This document shows, piece after piece, positions 49,420 through 58,006 of a DNA stretch of 64,000 nt. Source of the DNA: an uncultured Anaerolineales bacterium (lineage in GTDB: Bacteria; Chloroflexota; Anaerolineae; B4-G1). The position numbers and the translations under genes are program-made. The stretch covers positions 10,270 through 74,269 of the forward strand of contig CAYMHT010000003.1 in NCBI GenBank assembly GCA_964390305.1. Reading direction: 5' to 3'. The notes under the pieces were generated by a model, which searched no databases, had not been told where the DNA came from, and saw only the letters and a program-made list of their open reading frames with translations. Numbering within the stretch: the stretch's first letter is position 1; every line of letters starts with the position of its first letter.

Positions 49420-51015
49420 GTGAAGATCCGACTGATCGAGCCCAAAGCTCCTGGGCTCAACGTTTTTGACCGGGCGCTTCTGCCGCGCCTGGGGTTACCG
49501 TTGATGGGACGCGTGCTGGTCGATCACGGTCACGACGTGCGTATCTACGTGGAGACGTTGGCGCCGGTCGATTGGGACGATATTGCGGAGGCCGACCTGA
49601 TCGGTTTCTCCACCACCACAGCGACGACGCCGACCGCTTATAGGATGGCGGGGCGGGTACGTGATCTGGGTATCCCGACCGTCATCGGAGGCCCCCACGT
49701 CACATTCCTGTCCGACGAGGGATTGGAGCACTGTGACTTCGTCGTCCGTCGAGAGGGGCAGGAAACGATGCTAGAGCTGGTTGATGCGCTGGAGGGAGAG
49801 GGTGATCTGGGCAACATCGCCGGCCTCTCGTATCACGATGCGACAGGGCGGCAGATCCACAACCCTGACCGTCCACCCTGCCCGCCGGAGGAGTTCGAGA
49901 CACTTCCGGCTCCGGCGCTGGATCTGATCGTCGGTCATGAGCAGATGACGAACATCCCCATCATGACGCAGTGGGGCTGCCCTTTCAACTGCGACTTCTG
50001 CTCGGTGATCCATATGTTTGGGCGGCGCGTACGCGCCCGCGCTATCGAGAATGTGCTCGAGGAGTTGGAGAGCTATCGCGATCGCGGGCCTGTCTTCTTC
50101 TACGATGACAACTTCGTGGTGGACAAGCGGCGCACCAAGGCGTTGCTGAGGGGGATGGTGGAACGGGACTTGACGCCTCCGTGGTCGGCTCAGATGCGGG
50201 CCGAGGCGGTCTACAAAGATAAGCGAACCCGAGAGCTGGACCACGAGTTACTCAGGCTGATGCGAGATTCGGGTTGCACGATGGTCTACTGCGGTTTCGA
50301 ATCCGTGAGCCAGGCAACCCTGGAGGCCTACAACAAACATCAGGACGTACGTGACGTCCGAGATAGCGTGCAGGCCTTTCACGCCTACGGCATTCACGTG
50401 CACGGGATGTTTGTCCTGGGCGCCGATACCGACGACAAGAGCATCTTCGGGCGGACGGTTGACTTCGCGCTCGAGCAGGAGATCGATACAGTCCAATTCC
50501 TGATGCTCACGCCCTGTCCGGGCACCCCTTTCTATGAGCGGGTAGTGGAGCAAGGTCGCCTTCTGACCGACGATCTCAGCCTGTACGACGGCCACCACTG
50601 TGTCGTCCAGCCGAAGCAGATGAGCGCCTACGAGTTGCAAATGGGCGTCATAGGCGCCATGGCCCGTTTCTACTCTGTGCGGCATGTGCTGAGCCTCTTC
50701 CTATCCAACGTGACGAGAAATCTACCGTTCTTGGTTGGCCTCCTTTGGCGGGAGAGAAAGCTCCGACTGCAGCTCCCCCGATTGGCGTTCTTCTCCCTCC
50801 TGCCTTCACGCTGGCCCGACCTGTTGGGTGTCCTGAGGGACGCGCTGTCGCGTGAATCGTGGAATCGGCTGCAGGACATCTTAGTGGTGCCCATGCTCCG
50901 TCTCTACGGCTACAGGCACGTCAAGGACTGGCTTAGTCAGTCCAGGTCGCAGGCCTACATCAACCGACTCCGCCAGCTCGTGGAACCAAGACGGCGGGCG
51001 GCCGGCGCGTCGTAG
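49420..51015 (+). CDS. B12-binding domain / radical SAM protein (second class B-like rSAM)
   Basis: B12-binding N-domain, CxxxCxxC (GCPFNCDFC) and a radical SAM core. GTG at 49420 sits 6 nt after RBS GGAGGAGG; the ORF track start at 49387 is TTG. Confidence 0.75.
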   Translation: MKIRLIEPKAPGLNVFDRALLPRLGLPLMGRVLVDHGHDVRIYVETLAPVDWDDIAEADLIGFSTTTATTPTAYRMAGRVRDLGIPTVIGGPHVTFLSDEGLEHCDFVVRREGQETMLELVDALEGEGDLGNIAGLSYHDATGRQIHNPDRPPCPPEEFETLPAPALDLIVGHEQMTNIPIMTQWGCPFNCDFCSVIHMFGRRVRARAIENVLEELESYRDRGPVFFYDDNFVVDKRRTKALLRGMVERDLTPPWSAQMRAEAVYKDKRTRELDHELLRLMRDSGCTMVYCGFESVSQATLEAYNKHQDVRDVRDSVQAFHAYGIHVHGMFVLGADTDDKSIFGRTVDFALEQEIDTVQFLMLTPCPGTPFYERVVEQGRLLTDDLSLYDGHHCVVQPKQMSAYELQMGVIGAMARFYSVRHVLSLFLSNVTRNLPFLVGLLWRERKLRLQLPRLAFFSLLPSRWPDLLGVLRDALSRESWNRLQDILVVPMLRLYGYRHVKDWLSQSRSQAYINRLRQLVEPRRRAAGAS

Positions 51016-51360
51016 GCTGGGCCTGGTCGAAGGAGGGTTCTGAGAGACTCTCTCGCATCGTCCAAACCGGCTCTCGGGGTCGATCGATCTGTTCGCACGC
51101 TCGTGACGCCTCAGACGTAGAGCGGACCGAAAGGTCGCGTAAGAGAAGTGGGGAGGCCCGGTGTAGAGGCCTTTCCACTTCTGCTTTTCGTGGGATCGAT
51201 GGTGCGGGACTCTGCAGTGGGGCGTAGGCCACGGGTTCTAATGCCGTTCTTATGATGTGTTAACGTGTTTCCTATACGGACCGACCATAATTTAGGGCAC
51301 GTACGCATGATGTGCTATGCGAAACAGCGATGCTTGCTGTCTCAATTTCGAGGTGCCTAT

Positions 51361-53829
51361 ATGCTGCAATCGTTGATTCAAAGAAAGGACGACGAACGGG
51401 TCCTGAGCGGTGACCTGCCGCACGAAGTGCCGGTGTTGCCTCTGCGCAATGTGGTGGCTTTCCCTCATACGGTGTTGCCACTGGCAATCGGCATCCCCCG
51501 TTCTGTCGAGTTATTGGAGGATGCGCTCGATGGCGAACGGCTGATCATGCTGACGGCGATGACCGATCCCTCAGTCGAGGAGCCTGGTCCGGGCGGTGTC
51601 CATGAGATAGGGACGCTGGCTCAGGTGGAGCGAGTCGTTCGTCTAGAGGATGACGAGAGCGCGCAGTATCAGATCATCGTACAGGGTCTGCTCCGTGTGC
51701 AGGTCGCTGAGTGGGTTGCCGAAGAGCCGTACCTGAAAGCGTGGGTCGACCCCATCCCCGAGCAGATAGGGGATGAGACGAAGACGGAAGCGCTCCGGCG
51801 TGAGTTGCTGAAACTGGCGCGCCGGATGGTCTCCTATTTCCCCCAGGTGCCCGAAGAGGCCATTGAAATGCTCAACCAGGTGCCCGAGCCAGACGTGCTG
51901 CTCTACGTCCTCGCATCTAACCTCCAGTTGAATGTAGAGCAAGCGCAGGAGGTCCTGTCTGGTGAGGACCTGGTCGCCCAGATGCGCTCCTTGCTCCGCA
52001 TTATGAAGCACGAGCTGGAGGTCCTGGAGGTCAGCGAGGAAATTCGCGAGGAAGCCCAGACCGAGATGGAGAAGACGCAGCGCGAGTACTACCTCCGTCA
52101 GCAGCTCAAGGCCATTCAGAAGGAGCTGGGTGAAAGCGAAGAGGGGTCGGAAGCCGAGGTCTATCGGCAGAAGCTCGAGGAAGCCGACCTGCCAGAGGAG
52201 GCGCGGAAGGAAGCTGAGCGAGAGCTGGCTCGTCTGGCCCAGCTCCATCCCCAGTCGGCCGAGGTGGGTGTGATCAAGACTTACCTCGACTGGCTGCTGG
52301 AGCTTCCCTGGAACGAACTCTCCGTCGACAATCTTGATCTGGTCCACGCGGAGAATGTGCTGGACGAGGATCACTACGGTCTGGAGAAGGTCAAGGAGCG
52401 CATCCTCGAGTTCCTGGCCGTGCGCAAGCTCCATCGGGAGCGAGACGTGGAGGAACCGGAGGAGTACGCTTCGACGATTCTCTGTTTCGTCGGTCCGCCA
52501 GGCGTGGGCAAGACCAGTCTGGGCCGATCGATTGCGAGAGCACTGGGACGGAAGTTCACGCGGATGAGTCTGGGAGGGCTGCGCGATGAGGCCGAGATCC
52601 GAGGTCACCGGCGGACGTACATCGGCGCCATGCCTGGTCGGATTATTCAGGCCTTGAAGCGCGTGGGCACGCGCAACCCGGTGTTCATGCTCGACGAGGT
52701 CGATAAGGTCAGCTCGAGCTGGCGCGGCGATCCTGCCAGCGCCCTGCTTGAGGTCCTGGACCCACAGCAGAACCACGCGTTCCGCGACCATTATCTGGAC
52801 CTGGATTTCGACTTGAGCGATGTGTTCTTCATCACCACCGCGAACACGTTGAGTACGATCCCACCGGCGCTGCAAGACCGCATGGAGGTCATCGAGATCG
52901 ACGGCTACACCGAGTACGACAAGGTCCAGATCGCGGAAGGGTATCTGATTCCGCGTCAGATCAAGGTCAACGGTCTGGAGGCCGATGAGGTGGTGTTCAC
53001 CGAAGGTGGCTTGCGCACCATCATCCGCGATTACACGCGGGAAGCCGGTGTGCGCAACCTGGAGCGCGAGATCGGCCGGGCGTTGCGCAAGGTGGCGATT
53101 CGCGTTGCCAAACGCTCCGCTGATGATGCTGGATGGACCGAGGTTGTCGACGAGGAGAAGGTCCGTGAGTTCCTGGGTAAGCCGCGCTATCGGGACGAGG
53201 CCCAGTTGCGCACGGAGCTGCCGGGTGTGGCTACTGGCCTGGCGTGGACGCCAAGCGGCGGCAAGGTGCTGTTCGTAGAGGCGCGCTCGATGGAAGGCAA
53301 GGACAAGCTTCTATTGACGGGCCAGCTTGGCGACGTGATGAAAGAGTCGGCTCAAATCGCACTCAGCTTCGTGCAGGGCGAGTTGGAGCGTCTTGGGCTT
53401 CCCAAAGACGCGCTGGAGGACAAGACCGTCCACCTGCACGTGCCAGCTGGAGCCATCCCCAAGGACGGTCCGTCGGCGGGCGTGACGCTGGTGACAACCC
53501 TGGTCTCCGTGCTGACTGGACGCCCTGTCCGCGAGGACGTCGGGATGACGGGCGAAGTGACGCTTCAGGGCCGAGTGTTGCCCGTTGGCGGCGTCAAGCA
53601 GAAGGTCCTGGCAGCTCATCGTCGTGGCTTGAAGACCGTGATCCTGCCCATGGCGAACGAGGTGGATCTGGAGGAGGTTCCGCAGGAGGTTCGGGACGAG
53701 CTCAAGTTCGAGCTGGTCGACCACGTTGATGAAGTGCTTCAGCTGGCCTTTGAATCTGAACCAGAGATCGAGTCCGCCCCAATCGGGGGTAACGGTCGCG
53801 AGAAGGAACCTCTGGAGGCGTTGGCTTAG
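51361..53829 (+). CDS. lon: ATP-dependent Lon protease
   Basis: LON N-domain (LPVLPLRNVVAFPHTVLPL), AAA+ Walker A GPPGVGKTS, and a proteolytic domain with catalytic KDGPSAGVT. Start chosen at MLQSLIQ; the ORF extends upstream to 51265. Confidence 0.9.
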   Translation: MLQSLIQRKDDERVLSGDLPHEVPVLPLRNVVAFPHTVLPLAIGIPRSVELLEDALDGERLIMLTAMTDPSVEEPGPGGVHEIGTLAQVERVVRLEDDESAQYQIIVQGLLRVQVAEWVAEEPYLKAWVDPIPEQIGDETKTEALRRELLKLARRMVSYFPQVPEEAIEMLNQVPEPDVLLYVLASNLQLNVEQAQEVLSGEDLVAQMRSLLRIMKHELEVLEVSEEIREEAQTEMEKTQREYYLRQQLKAIQKELGESEEGSEAEVYRQKLEEADLPEEARKEAERELARLAQLHPQSAEVGVIKTYLDWLLELPWNELSVDNLDLVHAENVLDEDHYGLEKVKERILEFLAVRKLHRERDVEEPEEYASTILCFVGPPGVGKTSLGRSIARALGRKFTRMSLGGLRDEAEIRGHRRTYIGAMPGRIIQALKRVGTRNPVFMLDEVDKVSSSWRGDPASALLEVLDPQQNHAFRDHYLDLDFDLSDVFFITTANTLSTIPPALQDRMEVIEIDGYTEYDKVQIAEGYLIPRQIKVNGLEADEVVFTEGGLRTIIRDYTREAGVRNLEREIGRALRKVAIRVAKRSADDAGWTEVVDEEKVREFLGKPRYRDEAQLRTELPGVATGLAWTPSGGKVLFVEARSMEGKDKLLLTGQLGDVMKESAQIALSFVQGELERLGLPKDALEDKTVHLHVPAGAIPKDGPSAGVTLVTTLVSVLTGRPVREDVGMTGEVTLQGRVLPVGGVKQKVLAAHRRGLKTVILPMANEVDLEEVPQEVRDELKFELVDHVDEVLQLAFESEPEIESAPIGGNGREKEPLEALA

Positions 53830-53964
53830 GCCCTGTCACCGATAACCCGAGCCCCATGGGATGCCCCTGGGGCTTTTCGTTTTGACCGGCCATTCTGAGT
53901 GTGCTATCATAGCCCCAGCGTGGACCGATTCAGACGGAGGCACGTGGTGAGGGAATTGACCCTG

Positions 53965-54762
53965 ATGGCCGTGTTTGCGCACCCGGACGACGAGGCCTTC
54001 GGGACCGGCGGCACGCTGAGCAAGTACGCCGCCCAGGGTTGCGATGTCTACCTGGTTACCGCTACACGCGGTGAGGCAGGTGAGATCGCCGAGGCGGATC
54101 TCGCAACCAGCGCTGATCTGCCGCTGGTGCGAGAGCAGGAGTTGCGCTGCGCCTGTGAGGTCTACGGCATCCAGCCCCCGCGCTTCCTGGATTATCCCGA
54201 CGGGCTGCTTCCTCTCATCCATCAGGGACAGGCGGTGGGGAAGGTGGTGCGCCTCATCCGGGACCTCCGACCACAGGTCGTTGTCACCTTCGGTCCTGAA
54301 GGGATCTACGGGCATTATGATCACATCGCAGTGCATCGCTGGACGACCATTGCGGTGGATATGGCCGCGGACCCTGGCTGTTTCCCGCATCACCTGAGTG
54401 ATAGCTGTGAGCCCCACCAGGTCAGCAAGCTTTACTTCCGCGTGATGCCGCGGGAGCACATCGAGGGTCGGAGGGAGAGCGGCCGGCCGACGGCGATGAT
54501 GATGGACGGCGTGCCGTTCCGATTCGTGGGCCGCCCGCTGGACGACATCACCACCGTTGTCGACGTGGGCGAGTACGTGGAACAGAAGTTGGGTGGCATC
54601 CAGTGTCACGCGACGCAGGTCGGGCGGCAGCATCGGTTCGCCGGTGCACGGGAGGAGCTTCTGCACGAACCCGAATTCCGGGAGGAGCACTTTGTCTTGG
54701 CACGCTCGAGCGTCGGCCGACCGGATGACGTAGAGACAGACCTGTTCGCCGGCCTTCGGTAG
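53965..54762 (+). CDS. PIG-L/LmbE family N-acetylglucosaminyl deacetylase
   Basis: AHPDDE motif near the N-terminus plus HxDH-type zinc ligands. The ORF extends upstream to 53899. Confidence 0.75.
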   Translation: MAVFAHPDDEAFGTGGTLSKYAAQGCDVYLVTATRGEAGEIAEADLATSADLPLVREQELRCACEVYGIQPPRFLDYPDGLLPLIHQGQAVGKVVRLIRDLRPQVVVTFGPEGIYGHYDHIAVHRWTTIAVDMAADPGCFPHHLSDSCEPHQVSKLYFRVMPREHIEGRRESGRPTAMMMDGVPFRFVGRPLDDITTVVDVGEYVEQKLGGIQCHATQVGRQHRFAGAREELLHEPEFREEHFVLARSSVGRPDDVETDLFAGLR

Positions 54763-54884
54763 TCGCACGGCGACAGGGAAAGACGACGTAAGGACCATCA
54801 GCGCGCCTCCTGATGGCATCACCGAGTTCGTCGGACGAGATGGGCTGTGACCTGCAGGATGGAATGTTGCGGTAGTGGGGCAAG

Positions 54885-55379
54885 ATGAGCAGAGACCAAG
54901 AGGGGGGTCTGCCTGTGTTTAGCCTGGGAACACTGAGCCAGTTGGTCTCGAGCGTCGACTCCGTGCTGGAGACGATCAACGCGTGGGTCAGGGGAACCAG
55001 GGGGTGGAAGCGGAGGCTGCAGCTCGAGCTGCTGAGCAACATTGAGCTCGTTTTCTCATACGCCAAGTACGACCTGCCCGTCGACGACGTGATTGCCAAC
55101 CTGCAGACCGAGAATATGAAGGCCGCGTTGGAGTCGGGCTTCAACTTCAACTCGCTGAAGAGGGGCAAGCTGAAAGGCGACGTGGCGGGCGATCAACCTC
55201 AATATCAGCAGTACGTGGGCTGGTCCACCGAGAGGTTGTTCTCCAATATCTACGTGAAGATCAAGGATCTGCAGACGATCGTCAGAATGGATCCCGACAA
55301 TGAGAAGATTCGCAAGGGGGTTCGGCTGACGAATATCCTCAAACTGATGCTGCTGCTGATGAAGCACATCAACGCATAG
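54885..55379 (+). CDS. Hypothetical protein (164 aa), compositionally atypical
   Basis: ATG start; the 3' half is ~49% GC versus ~64% for the window; no recognisable domain. Confidence 0.4.
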   Translation: MSRDQEGGLPVFSLGTLSQLVSSVDSVLETINAWVRGTRGWKRRLQLELLSNIELVFSYAKYDLPVDDVIANLQTENMKAALESGFNFNSLKRGKLKGDVAGDQPQYQQYVGWSTERLFSNIYVKIKDLQTIVRMDPDNEKIRKGVRLTNILKLMLLLMKHINA

Positions 55380-55441
55380 CGGCTCTTCGGTCCCAGGAGT
55401 TCCTCCGTCATCGGCGCCACGCAGTCTGAACCACCGAACGT

Positions 55442-56596
55442 CTAGTCCGGCCAGAGGCGAAGCTGGCGGGGGGGACGGCGTCCGTCAAGGAGCACAAAGG
55501 GAGCAGCGCGCTTGCTGGCGATTCCCAGACTGCCCAGGTCGCTCAGATCCCGCAGCCTGCCGCGACGGCGGGCTTCCGCGATCCTGTCGGCGCTCTTTGG
55601 CCCGATCCCGGGTACGCGCAGCAGCTCCCGCCGGCTGGCGGTGTTGATCTCGACCGGAGCCTCTGCAAGGCTACGCCGTGCCCAGGCGAGCTTCGGATCC
55701 ACCTCCAGGGGGAGATTCCCACCGCGGTTGAAAGGCAGCTCCTCCGCACTGAAGCCGTAGTCACGGATGAGGAATGACGCCTGATAGAGCCGGTGCTCCC
55801 GCTCAGGCGGCGCCGGGGGATGATCCTCCAGCGGGGTGTCTGGAACCGGCGTGAAGGCCATGAAGTAGGTCCGCGCCAGACCGGCCTCCCGATGCAGGAA
55901 CTCCGTCGTCGTCAGGAGCTCGACGTCGCTCTCGTCGCCGGCTCCGACGACGAACTGGGTCGTGGAGCTCGGCCAACGCCCCGGTCTCTGCTGCCGGATC
56001 TCCTCGATCCAGCGCAGCCGTTGCAGTAGCTCGATGTCGAATGTCTTGTGGGGCGCAAGCGAGCTGAGACGTCTGGTGTTAGGCGCTTCCAGATTGACGG
56101 ACACGCGATCCGCCAGGCGCATCGCCGTCTCGACCTGATCCCGCTCGGCGCCGGGCATGATCTTCAGATGGATATAGCCGCGGAACTCGTACCTCTGGCG
56201 CAGCATCTTGGCGGTCGCGATGAGGCGGTCCTCGGTGTTGGGTCCGCCGCCGGCGATGGCAGAGCTGAGGAATATGCCCTGGGCCATACCGCTCTGATGC
56301 ATGTGCATGAAGAGGCGCGCCAGTTCGTCCGGAGAGAAGGCGGCTCGCCGGAAGTCGCGTCCCTGACGGAAGGCGCAGTAGTGGCAGTCGCGTTCACAGG
56401 CGGAGGTGAGAAGCGTCTTAAGCAGGGCGATGCGCTTGCCACCGGGCATCACTGCGTTGTGAACGCATCTGGTGACGTCATCGACGCGTGGATGGATCGG
56501 GGATGGGCGCCCGAACGCCACCTCCTCGGCTGGTTCGAAGCAGGCGGCCGGTCCCAGCAGCTTCAGTTTCTCGACAGCGTCCATCGCCTCCTCCAC
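55442..56596 (-). CDS. Radical SAM DNA modification/repair protein with C-terminal helix-hairpin-helix (TIGR03916-like)
   Basis: CxxxCxxC (CERDCHYC) radical SAM core and a C-terminal ComEA-like HhH (NTASRRELLRVPGIGPKSADRIAEARR). A Cheo box overlaps the start region; the start codon is GTG. Confidence 0.75.
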   Translation of the reverse strand: MEEAMDAVEKLKLLGPAACFEPAEEVAFGRPSPIHPRVDDVTRCVHNAVMPGGKRIALLKTLLTSACERDCHYCAFRQGRDFRRAAFSPDELARLFMHMHQSGMAQGIFLSSAIAGGGPNTEDRLIATAKMLRQRYEFRGYIHLKIMPGAERDQVETAMRLADRVSVNLEAPNTRRLSSLAPHKTFDIELLQRLRWIEEIRQQRPGRWPSSTTQFVVGAGDESDVELLTTTEFLHREAGLARTYFMAFTPVPDTPLEDHPPAPPEREHRLYQASFLIRDYGFSAEELPFNRGGNLPLEVDPKLAWARRSLAEAPVEINTASRRELLRVPGIGPKSADRIAEARRRGRLRDLSDLGSLGIASKRAAPFVLLDGRRPPRQLRLWPD

Positions 56597-56608
56597 CAGC
56601 GATTATAC

Positions 56609-56622
56609 GAACAGGTGTTCGG
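56609..56622. promoter_or_regulatory. LexA operator of Gram-positive/Cheo-box type (CGAACAGGTGTTCG)
   Basis: Perfect GAAC-N4-GTTC palindrome with flanking C/G, 13 nt upstream of the GTG start and RBS of the radical-SAM/HhH repair gene. Confidence 0.6.
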
Positions 56623-56912
56623 ATTGTCAAGCAAGCGTGGGAGAGTGTTGAATAAGTCGCGGCTGGCTCAACCGGTGGGGCACGCACGCCGTACAACTGG
56701 GCACTATCCTTATGCGCTCCCTATTTGAGGCCCGTCTTAATCCAACAGTGGGGCGTCTGCCCTGTGCGATCGGTCATTCAAGGTGTTTTTCAAGACTCTC
56801 CGTGGTACGCGCGCGGCGAGACGCTCTCGGGCTGAGGTGACATTCTGCGCGGGGCGTGGGTTGCGGATGCGCTGACTTGGGAGAAGAGTCAACGCAGGAC
56901 AGGGCTCGGCAC

Positions 56913-57128
56913 TCAACGATGCTCTGTCGTCGCCTGGTGCTTATCGTCCTCCAGGGGGGTGAAGCGGCGGATGAAGGCTAGCAACCCATCCACGTCCAGG
57001 AACGCGGCGCTCTCGCCGCTCTGCACGTGGTCGACGCGACCGCGCCACCGGACGCCTCCCGCCGACCACTCGGACCAGAGCCGGACGACGAAGGTATTGG
57101 CGGGGTCGACTCTGGAGGGCTCAGCCAT
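56913..57128 (-). CDS. Small hypothetical protein (71 aa)
   Basis: GC3 ~85%, consistent with a coding ORF; no domain recognised. Confidence 0.4.
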   Translation of the reverse strand: MAEPSRVDPANTFVVRLWSEWSAGGVRWRGRVDHVQSGESAAFLDVDGLLAFIRRFTPLEDDKHQATTEHR

Positions 57129-57248
57129 GCGAGGTCCTCTCGGTGTCCAAGGCCTTCAGGTTGTGAGAAGCGGAAGGAGGTGTGGGTGGCAGCGAGGGCC
57201 GGGAGAAGACCCGTCAGGCCCCCGCTGCTGGACGATTGACGTTCTCCA

Positions 57249-57821
57249 CTACCTGGCACGACCGTGGGCCCGGCGCAGTCCCAGGGCTACGAGAAGCAGC
57301 CCGGTGATGCTCAACCACGGCAGGAGCACCGCCGCGCGAGGGGTTCCACCGGTCGCCGGCAAGGCTGCCATGGCGGCCTCAAACTCTGCCAGCGATGCAT
57401 CGGTCATCTCTTCCGTGTACGATTGGATCTTGCCCTCCTGCACGACACCCTCGCCCGTATACTCAACCGGTGCGATGCCGAGCGCCTCAAAGTCATCCAT
57501 CCAGACCTTGTTGGACCAGGTGACCTTGTCGCCGTCGACCTCGAGGTCGCTGGGCTCCACGTAGATGTTCTGCGCCACCAGCCCCTCGTACCAGGCTCGG
57601 ATCTGGTCCTTCCCCTGAATGGGCCCGCTGCCCGTGAGATCCGGTACAAACGTGAGGACGGCGTCATCGGCAACCAGCTCCACGGCGGCATCGACGTCGC
57701 CTGCGTTCAAGGCGTCTGCTAGACTGGAAAGCACTCCCGCAGGGTCCGTCTCCTGTGCGTATGCGACTGTGGGCGCTGCAATCCCAGCGACCAGCGCCAA
57801 CACGACGAGAAACTTCTTCAT
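57249..57821 (-). CDS. Secreted SnoaL/NTF2-like protein with C-terminal LPXTG-type sortase sorting signal
   Basis: Signal peptide MKKFLVVLALVAGIAAPTVAYA. C-terminus has LPATGG, a hydrophobic helix and a basic tail (RRAHGRAR). Confidence 0.65.
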   Translation of the reverse strand: MKKFLVVLALVAGIAAPTVAYAQETDPAGVLSSLADALNAGDVDAAVELVADDAVLTFVPDLTGSGPIQGKDQIRAWYEGLVAQNIYVEPSDLEVDGDKVTWSNKVWMDDFEALGIAPVEYTGEGVVQEGKIQSYTEEMTDASLAEFEAAMAALPATGGTPRAAVLLPWLSITGLLLVALGLRRAHGRAR

Positions 57822-58006
57822 GTTTACCTCCTACAGTATTGAATCTACCTTCATGCTGGGCGCTCCCTTCCTCAACCTACTGCCTTCTCCCGACAAGAGT
57901 GTACTACGCGACTCTCAAAACAGTCGCAAAAGCTGTCGCTGGCAACAAGAAAACCCGGTCTCTCGAAGGGACCGGGTTTTCACGCTGCGACCTTCACCTG
58001 AGGCTG

